Source of the DNA: Minisyncoccia bacterium
GTDB lineage: Bacteria > Patescibacteriota > Minisyncoccia > Phycocordibacterales > Zambryskibacteraceae
Assembly (NCBI GenBank): GCA_049304015.1
Contig: JBAQNS010000016.1
Span: 143 to 64,142 of the forward strand
Reading direction: 5' to 3'
DNA: 64,000 bases
The notes beneath the pieces were generated by a model. It did no database searches and was not told where the DNA came from. It was given only the letters and a program-made list of their open reading frames with translations. The position numbers were made by a program, and so were the translations under genes. Positions 29,340-37,755 of this stretch are shown here, piece by piece. Within the stretch, counting starts at the first letter, position 1. Each line of letters opens with the position of its first letter.

Positions 29340-29805
29340 AGTTTTTTTGACGGGTGTAGATTATAAATTCCCCCCAACGGCCGTTGGAGGGAGGCGACCC
29401 ACCCTTTCACCAGGGACAGTCGATGGTGTCAGTTCTTCGCTCCCGGATGCGTGACTGCTTTCGGGGGGACCTTCCGCCGTAGCGTTTCTGGCGCAGCGTA
29501 AGGTCAGCTGCACCGGCCACTTGAGCCCTTCCGCTCAGATTTAAGTGGTCAGCAGGACAACTCATGGTTCACCGGATGGTGGACAACATGGTGGGGGAAG
29601 GCCCGCTATCCCGGTCGCTTCGACGACCTGCGTTTCGGCCGAACTGCCCGATAGCGCTCCACGGCGAATCAGTGGATCGGACTCTCTCTTGGGTCAGGAT
29701 CAGTACAACTCATGACTGACAACCTGGCCCAGGCGAGGGACCCCGATGCTCTACGAGCAAACACACACAGCCGCGACCGCAAGGTACGCGGTTATTTTTT
29801 ATATA
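29340..29805 (+). ncRNA. GC-rich ORF-free segment ending in an intrinsic terminator: candidate structured RNA (unidentified)
   Basis: About 460 nt, GC-rich, with no ORF of 60 aa or more on either strand. Possible promoter TTGCAA-17-TAGATT at 29332-29366. Hairpin plus T-run at 29771-29800. Many local GC stems. Confidence 0.3.
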
Positions 29806-29890
29806 CTTAACCTTTGACAAACTTAATTTTTTATGATAGTAAGAGTACAGAGCAGTTGTCCTTTTAGGCTACTTTTCAGGAGGTATTTCC

Positions 29891-31024
29891 ATGCGCAAGA
29901 TAAGATGGTTGCTGGGAGCGTTGGTGCTCGTCACTGCGTGTCAGCCTGACCGCTTGATCAGCATCAAGATCGACGACAGTTCGAGTCATCCTGGCTCAGG
30001 AACTGTGTTGGTCACCGGGGTGACCGTCACCTCGTCGCCGAACATCACTCTGTCGATCGGGGTGTCGTGCACAAACACGACGTCTCAGATTGTCGTCGCA
30101 GTTGCTCCGGCAAATGCGACGAACACCGCCGTCAGCTACACTGTCACGAGCCACGGCTCAGTGATGGTTAGCTCGACTGGTCTCGTCACCGCTCTCAAGG
30201 CGGGGACGGACACGGTGTACGTGACTTCGGTCGCTGACGCTTCGAAGAAGGCGTTCGTGGTAGTGACGGTGTCTGGCACCTCGTGTGCTTCAACGCCGGC
30301 TTGTCCGAACGGCTTCAGTTCTTGCAGTGGTGCACGATGGAGCGATGCGGGGATGACTCCGCAGGACACAACGTACACCTTCAGCCACAAGCGGCACGTG
30401 AAGGGTCTCACTTACATCCCGAGTGGTGTGAGTACCGAGATTCTTGTGCGTTCCGCGCTGGGTTGTGAGGCTGCGGCCAGCACGCCGCAAGTCATCGCGA
30501 CATCGTTGGCGAACGTCTATGCGGTGGATGTGGAGCTGCAGGCAATCAATATCTGCAGCGACAGTACGGTCTTCAAGTTGAAGGCCGACTCGACGCAGAA
30601 GAAGGCGGTCCATGTGACCGTTGTCTCTGCTCCGGGTTCTGTCCGGCTCAATCCTCCGACGACAATCGGAGGTGTGGGTGCCACTGGCAAGTACACCTGC
30701 ACAGTGAGTGGTTTGGCGGACTTGCGTTGCTGGTTCTATTCTACCAATCCGTTGGTAGTGTCCATCGTTCAGAAGGACACTACGTACACCGCTGCCACGT
30801 TCCCGTGGCCGGCAGGTGCAAACATCGGTGGTACGTACAAGAACCTCAGCGCTGGATCTGCGGGTATCTGCACCTTCAGTCCGAGCAATCCGGCCATCGC
30901 GGATTGCAAGAATCATGTAGTGTCGTCTGGCTCTGCCTTGATGGCCGGCTCGGGTCTCATGGCTCAAGCCGAACTTCAGGAATGGGCAGTGCCTGAGGTT
31001 CTAAGGGTTCTCACAAAACCCTAG
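29891..31024 (+). CDS. Lipoprotein with bacterial Ig-like (BIG2) domain; GC-rich gene
   Basis: Lipobox LVTAC. BIG2-like repeat (VTGVTVTSSPNITLSIG...TVYVTSVAD). Strong RBS caGGAGGt. Terminator at 31037-31070. Confidence 0.6.
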   Translation: MRKIRWLLGALVLVTACQPDRLISIKIDDSSSHPGSGTVLVTGVTVTSSPNITLSIGVSCTNTTSQIVVAVAPANATNTAVSYTVTSHGSVMVSSTGLVTALKAGTDTVYVTSVADASKKAFVVVTVSGTSCASTPACPNGFSSCSGARWSDAGMTPQDTTYTFSHKRHVKGLTYIPSGVSTEILVRSALGCEAAASTPQVIATSLANVYAVDVELQAINICSDSTVFKLKADSTQKKAVHVTVVSAPGSVRLNPPTTIGGVGATGKYTCTVSGLADLRCWFYSTNPLVVSIVQKDTTYTAATFPWPAGANIGGTYKNLSAGSAGICTFSPSNPAIADCKNHVVSSGSALMAGSGLMAQAELQEWAVPEVLRVLTKP

Positions 31025-31145
31025 CGGGTAACAACGGGCTAGCACCTTCGGGTCGCTAGCCTTTTTCTTTATCCAGAATGTTATATTTAATGAATTAATC
31101 CCGTTAGAAGTTTTGAGAATAATTTATTACATTTATAATTAACAA

Positions 31146-31421
31146 ATGAATACTTCTAACGGGATGAAGATTATAGTGAAAGCTAAGGCTGGAGCAAAAC
31201 TTGAGAAGATAGAACGAGTAGATCAGCCAAGTTTAAATTTTGATAATGAGAAGTTAAGTCTGCCAGTCTACAAAGTATGGGTACGAGAACCTGCTGTAGA
31301 CGGCAAAGCCAATAAAGCCATCATAAGAGTACTATCAGAACATTTTAAAGTAGCACCATCGCTTATAACCCTCGTCTCTGGACAAATATCTAAGCAAAAG
31401 ATTTTTGAAATAAGTTTATAG
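31146..31421 (+). CDS. DUF167 (YggU-like) protein
   Basis: 91 aa, low-GC, with YggU-like sequence (KVWVREPAVDGKANKAII). Confidence 0.45.
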   Translation: MNTSNGMKIIVKAKAGAKLEKIERVDQPSLNFDNEKLSLPVYKVWVREPAVDGKANKAIIRVLSEHFKVAPSLITLVSGQISKQKIFEISL

Positions 31422-31435
31422 TGTAGAATAACTTT

Positions 31436-32143
31436 ATGGAATTAATATTTATAGATACAGAAACCACCGGAGTAGATGTCACCACAGACAGATTGGTGCA
31501 AGTTTGTTATAGGGACTCTACGGGTATACACACAGAATATTTTAAACCACCGCTACCTATGTCTGTGAAGTCTATGAGCATCACTCACATCACTGATGCG
31601 ATGCTCGAAGACAAGCCATCTTTCTCAGACAGTCAGATGAAAAAGGATTTAATATTTCTTTTATCATCAGGAATTTTTGTCGCTCACAATGCGAAGTTTG
31701 ATATAGCTATGCTTGAGAAGGAAGGAGTGAAAGCTGGACAATATATTTGTACACTACGAGTAGCCAAGAATTTGGATATAGAAGGCGCTATCCCTGAATA
31801 TAGTTTGCAGTATTTGCGTTATCACTTTGGGCTAAATGTCGAAGGTAACCCGCATGATGCAGAAGGAGATGTGAATGTCTTAGTGGCACTATTCAATAAA
31901 CAACTAGAAGAAGTGATGAAGACTGTGCCAGATAGGGAAGAGGCTATTAAAAAAATGATTGAAATATCAAATACTCCATCATTATATAAAGTATTCAATT
32001 TTGGTAAACATAAGGATGAGAAGATAAAGGACGTAGCTGTTTCTGACCGCGGTTACCTAGAATGGCTCTTAAACCAAAAGCTCTCAGCAGGGGAAGAGGA
32101 CGAAGATTGGATTTTTACTTTGAAGTTTTATCTTGGTAAATAA
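31436..32143 (+). CDS. DnaQ-like 3'-5' exonuclease (DEDDh) with C-terminal KHKG/YLxWL domain
   Basis: Exo I FIDTETTG, Exo II VAHNAKFD, Exo III HDAEGD. C-terminal FGKHKDEKIKDV...YLEWLL. Confidence 0.7.
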   Translation: MELIFIDTETTGVDVTTDRLVQVCYRDSTGIHTEYFKPPLPMSVKSMSITHITDAMLEDKPSFSDSQMKKDLIFLLSSGIFVAHNAKFDIAMLEKEGVKAGQYICTLRVAKNLDIEGAIPEYSLQYLRYHFGLNVEGNPHDAEGDVNVLVALFNKQLEEVMKTVPDREEAIKKMIEISNTPSLYKVFNFGKHKDEKIKDVAVSDRGYLEWLLNQKLSAGEEDEDWIFTLKFYLGK

Positions 32144-32293
32144 CGGCTAATTATAGCCACGAAACAAGCTTGACAATTTGTCTAGTGTATGCTATCTTAG
32201 CTGGCAGACTCTAAATGTCGATCTTTGACATTAAGTTTATCTACTATCATCCCGTATCACCACGCAGTAAAACCAAAGGAGGTTTAAGTATGT

Positions 32294-32569
32294 ATGCCTA
32301 GCAAAGGCGAAGCGACAACTCTGAAGGCGGTGGTACAAAAGGTCGTCGATGGCAAACACGGCTGCTATGCAGTTGCCACTTCAAGCAAAATTGAAGGATC
32401 CATTACGTTTTCGTTGGATCCGGACGTTTGGCAAGAAAAGGCAAAACCCCAAGAGGGTTACGAGGTTGTCCTTGGCGATATCAGGAAGAAGTCCGCTGGA
32501 TGGCGGGCCCATTCCGCACGTTTCCTGAGGCCTGAAGATAAGGTCTCCAACAGCAGCAAAAAGCACTGA
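32294..32569 (+). CDS. Small hypothetical protein, first gene of the GC-rich operon
   Basis: 91 aa. Preceded by promoter TTGACA(32170)-17-tgcTATCTT and RBS AAGGAGG. Confidence 0.4.
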   Translation: MPSKGEATTLKAVVQKVVDGKHGCYAVATSSKIEGSITFSLDPDVWQEKAKPQEGYEVVLGDIRKKSAGWRAHSARFLRPEDKVSNSSKKH

Positions 32570-32582
32570 GCAAGGAGCCAAC

Positions 32583-33218
32583 ATGGCCGGAAGAATCAAA
32601 CAGTTTCTTGTTGATCAGAAATTGATCACAGGAGACGGTACACAATCTGGAAGCGCAGTGAAAGCTGCGCCGACACAGACTGCAAGTGTCGCCTCGATGC
32701 CACGCCCTGTGGCTACGGTGGGTGTAGCCGACACTGAATACGTCGGTGCCCTCCGTGAAGCGATGACGAAGTCAACAGTGAATGGATTTCAGGAATTCCA
32801 AGATCAACTCGGAATCTTTGAATCCGTTCCTGGAATGGACGAACCGATGCGTTTCCGCACTGCTATCACAGCTCTCTCAAAGAGCTCTGGTATCAAGCGG
32901 GATCAAATCGTGAAGGCCTCCGAAGATCGTCTTCGGATTCTGGTCGCGGCGCGCGATGAATTCGCCCACACGATCGAGGAGCGTCGTAACCGAGAACTCG
33001 GCAGCAATGAGGCTGACTTGTCAGCCACTCGCGCCGAGATCGATACGAAGCGCAAGGAAATCCAGGAGCTTGAAGGCAAGCTCCAGCAACTCGAAGTCAA
33101 GAAGCAAACGATCAACCAGAAGCTCACAGCTGCAAGCACTGCTTTCGGCAATGCTTATGCGGTTGTGGAAGCGGAGGTCAGATCGTTTGTCTCGAAGCTC
33201 ACGCAGTATCTCACCTAG
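32583..33218 (+). CDS. Soluble coiled-coil protein (PspA/TelA-like guess, weak)
   Basis: 211 aa. C-terminal half is heptad-like (RAEIDTKRKEIQELEGKLQQLEVKKQ). GC-rich. Confidence 0.4.
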   Translation: MAGRIKQFLVDQKLITGDGTQSGSAVKAAPTQTASVASMPRPVATVGVADTEYVGALREAMTKSTVNGFQEFQDQLGIFESVPGMDEPMRFRTAITALSKSSGIKRDQIVKASEDRLRILVAARDEFAHTIEERRNRELGSNEADLSATRAEIDTKRKEIQELEGKLQQLEVKKQTINQKLTAASTAFGNAYAVVEAEVRSFVSKLTQYLT

Positions 33219-33238
33219 CAACCAGCAAGGAGTATCAC

Positions 33239-34291
33239 ATGAGTGAAGTCCCAGCTGTTCAAGTTCCTCTTCCCCTGAAAAATTGGGTGAAGGGAACGAA
33301 CGGTGCCATGGCAGTTCTGAGTCTCGGTGCTGGTGCGATGATCGCCTACCTGGCGCTCCCCACCATCATCACGCTCCTCACGAATACTGCCATCGCTCTT
33401 GGTTGGCTCGTGGTTGTCGGTGCCATCGTTGGCGCCGGCTTCCTGATTCTGCCCATCATCTTTCACCTGTGGCCGAAGATTCGGTACCAGCAGAAGGTGT
33501 GGGCACTCGCTATCGCTGAACAGATGGTCAAACGTGACCCTGTTCGGTGGTCGCAGATCTACATTGATGACCTCAAGAAGAAGGCGCAAGCCCTTCTTGG
33601 TGCCATCACTCAGGCAGTCAAGTCTCTGATGACGGCAAAGCGCAAGCGCGATGAGAACATCAAGCTTCGCGACGATGCTCGAGCGAAGGCCCAGGCCGCT
33701 TACAAGGCGGGCAACCAGGCCGAGGCTGTTCGGTGGGAACGCGCTGCCAAGCGCAAGGATGACGCCATCGCTCGTTCAGAGCGTTGGATTCAGATGCTCG
33801 AACTCATCGTTCGCGCTCTGAAGAAGCTGAGTTCAACCCTCGAGACCCGCATTGCGGATCAGGAGGATGAGCTCAAGTCCTACATCGACGAGTACGAGAC
33901 GGCTCAGCAGGTTGAACCCGGCATTCGTGCCGGCATGAATGCGTTGGCTCCCGATGAAGACCTGCGTCACATCAAGGAGTCGGCTATCAAGGAAATGACA
34001 TCCAAGGCTGATGGCATGTACGCCGAACTTGAGATGACGATGGAGGCTTTCCAGCCTATCATCTCTGCTCAGGATCTCGACGATGCCGCGGCATTCGAAA
34101 GGATGTCGAAGGCGTTTGCCCAGTGGGAAAAGGGCGTCGATTCGACGCTCCTCGGCCCTGGTGGCAAGCAGCAGCTCATCGCTGAAACGCTCGACCCGAT
34201 GAATATCCTCAAGATCGAGGGTCCGCGTGGCGAGAAGATCCCTGTGGTCAAGGGAACGAGGGGAAGTTTCGACGATTTGATCGACCGGTAG
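33239..34291 (+). CDS. Membrane-anchored coiled-coil protein (2 TM helices plus long helical domain; PspA/IM30-like guess, weak)
   Basis: Two N-terminal TM helices, then about 250 aa of charged, Ala-rich helical sequence (EAVRWERAAKRKDDAIARSE...). Confidence 0.4.
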   Translation: MSEVPAVQVPLPLKNWVKGTNGAMAVLSLGAGAMIAYLALPTIITLLTNTAIALGWLVVVGAIVGAGFLILPIIFHLWPKIRYQQKVWALAIAEQMVKRDPVRWSQIYIDDLKKKAQALLGAITQAVKSLMTAKRKRDENIKLRDDARAKAQAAYKAGNQAEAVRWERAAKRKDDAIARSERWIQMLELIVRALKKLSSTLETRIADQEDELKSYIDEYETAQQVEPGIRAGMNALAPDEDLRHIKESAIKEMTSKADGMYAELEMTMEAFQPIISAQDLDDAAAFERMSKAFAQWEKGVDSTLLGPGGKQQLIAETLDPMNILKIEGPRGEKIPVVKGTRGSFDDLIDR

Positions 34292-34344
34292 TAGATAGAC
34301 ACATAGCGAAGTTAAGCATCCACAGCAAACACAGGAGCAACACA

Positions 34345-35907
34345 ATGCAGTTCAACAACCGAAGGGGTTCAATCACCTTCAAGGGTGCGATGATCATGGC
34401 CGCATTCGGCTTCATCATCCTCGCCATCATCGGCTTCTTCGTCTACAAGACGGGTGGAGCCAGCAGGGTTTCCAGTGCCTTGAGCGACAGCCGCAACGGC
34501 ACGCTCTCGAGCAAGGAGAAGAACAAGGTCATCCACGTCTGCGTCGTCACCTGGGGTGGCTACGCCGGCGGGCAGTATTTCAACGGCGGCTTCGAAGCGA
34601 CGAAGGATTCGCGGTTCTACAAGGACTACGGCATCCTCGTTGACTTCCCGGTCATCGACAACTTCGATGCATCGCGCAAGTCGTATCAGTCGGGGGAGTG
34701 CAATCTCCTCTGGCAGACGGCCGATGCGTTCTCGACGGAAGTCGGGAACCTGCAGAAGGCTGGTTTTGACCCGCGTGTGCTGTTCCAGTCCGACTGGTCT
34801 CGCGGTGGTGACCTCGTTGTCGCCAAGCGTGGGATCAACTCGGTGAACGATCTGCGAGGGAAGACTGTCGCGGTGGGCTACGGCACACCGTCGCACACCT
34901 TCCTTCTTCGGATGCTCGAAGCCGCCGGCATGTCGGTCAACGACGTGAAGATCGTGCAGGTTCCGAGTGCTGTCGATGCGGCCACGGCTTTCAAGTCTGG
35001 CCAGGTCGATGCGGCAATCGTTTGGTCACCCGATGACCAGGATTGCCTCAAGACCATCCCGGGTTCCAAGATTCTCACTTCGACGCGTGAAGCGACTCAC
35101 ATCATCGCCGATATTTTCTTCGGTGAACAGAAGTGGGCCGATGAACACAAGAAGGAGTTGGATGGACTCGAGGAAGGGTGGTTCAAGGGTGCTGCGGAAG
35201 TAAACACGAATCCCGAAGCTTTTGAGCAGGCGGTCAAGATTTTGGCCGTTGGTCTCAAGCAGCCCGAGGATTTCATGCGTACTGCCATCCGCAACGCCCG
35301 ACTCAGTACGTACGGGGACAACGTGAACTTCTTCAACCTCAATGGCAACGCCACTGGGGTGACGGGAGAGAAGTTGTACCTCGAGACAGGCCGGCTGTTC
35401 CAGGCGAGCACCGATCTCGTGAGTTCGCTCCCTCCGTGGCGCGAAATTACGAACCTCGACGCCCTGCGCTCCATCTCCCTCAAGGGGCCGGAGAACGCAG
35501 CTGAAGCTGAGGAACGGTATACGGTTGCTTCGGCGTCGGAGCGGAGAGCGGAAGCGCTTTCTGTGAAGCCGTTGCCGATCAACTTCGAGACGGGTTCGGC
35601 GACTCTCTCTGAGAACGCCAAGTCCTTGCTCGATCTCTTCGTGCCCACGCTCAATTCCTACAAGAATCGTGTGCGCATCGAAGGGAATACCGACAACAGC
35701 GGTTCTGCTGATGTGAATCGTCGGCTGTCGCTCGCTCGCGCGCGCGCAGCTCGCGATTATTTCGTCAACGAGTACCATTTCGATGTCAACAGGTTCATCG
35801 TCGAGGGCAACGGGCCGGATAAGCCCGTCGCCACGAACGATACGCCTGAGGGCATGGCGAAGAATCGTCGGTCGGAGTTCCAGCTCATTGGGAATCCGAT
35901 CAAGTAG
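34345..35907 (+). CDS. Fusion protein: TM anchor, NitT/TauT(SsuA/NMT1)-type ABC substrate-binding domain, and C-terminal OmpA-like domain
   Basis: N-terminal TM helix. SBP-like core. C-terminal OmpA_C signature NTDNSGSADVNRRLSLARARAARDYF...NRRSEF. Confidence 0.6.
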   Translation: MQFNNRRGSITFKGAMIMAAFGFIILAIIGFFVYKTGGASRVSSALSDSRNGTLSSKEKNKVIHVCVVTWGGYAGGQYFNGGFEATKDSRFYKDYGILVDFPVIDNFDASRKSYQSGECNLLWQTADAFSTEVGNLQKAGFDPRVLFQSDWSRGGDLVVAKRGINSVNDLRGKTVAVGYGTPSHTFLLRMLEAAGMSVNDVKIVQVPSAVDAATAFKSGQVDAAIVWSPDDQDCLKTIPGSKILTSTREATHIIADIFFGEQKWADEHKKELDGLEEGWFKGAAEVNTNPEAFEQAVKILAVGLKQPEDFMRTAIRNARLSTYGDNVNFFNLNGNATGVTGEKLYLETGRLFQASTDLVSSLPPWREITNLDALRSISLKGPENAAEAEERYTVASASERRAEALSVKPLPINFETGSATLSENAKSLLDLFVPTLNSYKNRVRIEGNTDNSGSADVNRRLSLARARAARDYFVNEYHFDVNRFIVEGNGPDKPVATNDTPEGMAKNRRSEFQLIGNPIK

Positions 35908-35996
35908 TTCTTTCTGTACTACACTCCGTAGTACGAGGGGTAGGGCTCTCGTAGTCCTACCCCTTTTTTCTCAAGAGCAGAAAAAGGAGTAAAGCA

Positions 35997-36794
35997 ATGA
36001 GCATTGTCCTGAGGAGCAGACCAAGCTACAAAAGGGCAGTTATTGTCCAAGTAGTAGCTTATGGATTGTTTCTTTTTGGATGGTGGCTCGTAACTGCCGG
36101 GCTTGGATACATCAAACCCGGCATTCTGCCATCACCCACGAGTGTGATTACCTCGTTCATTGCACTGCCGATGACTCGGGAGTTTTGGTTGAGCATGCGT
36201 TTCTCGCTCCTCATTACCATAGTGAGTAGCATTGAAGCTCTTTGCATCACCATACCTCTCGGTCTACTCATCGGTTTGCATCCGGACGCGCGAGCAATTT
36301 TCGAGAAGCCACTTGCGGCCCTGAGGTACCTACCTCTGACCGCACTTCTCGGAGTGTTCATGACTTGGTTTGGCTACAAGGTGAACATGAAGGTTCAGTT
36401 CTTGACCCTCAGCATCCTCGTTTATTTTCTGCCAGCATTCGTGGCTCGAATAGACGCGGTGACGACTGGTCACCTGAACACCATCAAGACACTAGGGGCC
36501 AACAATTGGCAAACGATCAAGAAGGTCTACTGGCCTTCAACGATCGGTCAATTCTTCACCGACATGCGTGTGCTGTCTCCGATTGGATGGACCTACATCA
36601 TTCTGGCTGAAACCATCAATCTCAACGATGGTGGCATTGGTCAGATGATTTTCTCTGCCAGCCGGAGGAGCCACATCGACGTCGCGTTTGCACTTCTGTT
36701 GCACATTGTCTGCATTGCGTTCATTCAAGACAAGGTGCTCATGTTTGCAGACAAAAAAATCTTCCCGTACAAGTACGTGGGAGGTGATCGATGA
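35997..36794 (+). CDS. ABC transporter permease (NitT/TauT family)
   Basis: 265 aa, 6 TM helices, with an EAA-like loop. Confidence 0.65.
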   Translation: MSIVLRSRPSYKRAVIVQVVAYGLFLFGWWLVTAGLGYIKPGILPSPTSVITSFIALPMTREFWLSMRFSLLITIVSSIEALCITIPLGLLIGLHPDARAIFEKPLAALRYLPLTALLGVFMTWFGYKVNMKVQFLTLSILVYFLPAFVARIDAVTTGHLNTIKTLGANNWQTIKKVYWPSTIGQFFTDMRVLSPIGWTYIILAETINLNDGGIGQMIFSASRRSHIDVAFALLLHIVCIAFIQDKVLMFADKKIFPYKYVGGDR

Positions 36795-37618
36795 TTACCA
36801 ACATTCCGTTCTTCGATGATCCCAACAAGGCGAACATCGTGGAGCTCAAGAACATTCGTCAGGCATATCCAACGCCAGACGGTAAGGAAGTGGTGGTCAT
36901 CGACGGGTTGAACCTCTTGATTGAGGACATCCCGAACCAAGGACAGTTCATTTCTCTCCTTGGGAAGTCCGGGTGTGGCAAGTCTACGGTCCTCAATTAC
37001 ATTGCGGGACTGCAGACTCCCACCAGTGGGGAGATTCTTCTCCACGGAGTTCCCAAGAAGGAGTCGGACGTCGTTGGGATGGTGTTCCAGCAGTACTCAT
37101 CCTTCGAATGGATGTCAGTACTCGAAAACGTCATGCTACCTCTCGAATTCAAGGGCGTGCCCAAGAAGGAGAGCAGGGAGCGTGCCATGGCCATGATTGC
37201 GGAGGTCGGCCTTTCGGGGCACGAGCACAAGTATGCTCAGACACCGACGCTTTCAGGTGGTCAACTCCAGCGAGTCGCAATTGCTCGGAGTCTCGTTTCA
37301 AATCCGGACATCATCCTCATGGATGAGCCGTTCGGCGCACTCGATGCCGTCACGAGGCATCAGATTCAGATTCTGCTCGCGAAGCTCTGGGAGACCTACC
37401 AGTCGACCGTGATCTTCGTGACGCACTCTGAATCAGAGGCGGTGTTTCTTTCGGATCAGATCATGATCATGGCTCCCAATCCAGGGAGAATCATTCGTGA
37501 GATCAAGGTCGACCTGCCGTTCCACCGTGACAAGTCCACCAAGAGGACACCTCGCTTCACAGAACTTGTTCGTGAAGTAGAGGATTCTCTGGAGTTCTCA
37601 ATCACTGCGAACGGATAG
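36791..37618 (+). CDS. ABC transporter ATP-binding protein (NitT/TauT family)
   Basis: Walker A GKSGCGKST, signature LSGGQLQRVAIAR, Walker B ILMDEPFGALD. 4-nt overlap with the permease. Terminator at 37661-37693. Confidence 0.8.
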   Translation: MITNIPFFDDPNKANIVELKNIRQAYPTPDGKEVVVIDGLNLLIEDIPNQGQFISLLGKSGCGKSTVLNYIAGLQTPTSGEILLHGVPKKESDVVGMVFQQYSSFEWMSVLENVMLPLEFKGVPKKESRERAMAMIAEVGLSGHEHKYAQTPTLSGGQLQRVAIARSLVSNPDIILMDEPFGALDAVTRHQIQILLAKLWETYQSTVIFVTHSESEAVFLSDQIMIMAPNPGRIIREIKVDLPFHRDKSTKRTPRFTELVREVEDSLEFSITANG

Positions 37619-37755
37619 CTCTTTCTACTCTTGGGCAACCTCGAGTTTTGTACATTTTCAGCCGCATATTCGAAAGGGTATGCGGTTTTTTCTTTATCTA
37701 AAATTCTATAAACATTGACATTCAATGGCTAAATTGCTATAGTAATGCCAAGATT

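Noticed and set aside
30290-30967. 225-aa minus-strand ORF (and other antisense ORFs at 33215-33589, 33833-34345, 34369-34896, 35026-35778, 36059-36361)
   Set aside because: Long antisense or out-of-frame ORFs are expected in high-GC DNA. Their translations are Arg/Pro-rich with no motifs, and they are antisense to genes with clear domains.
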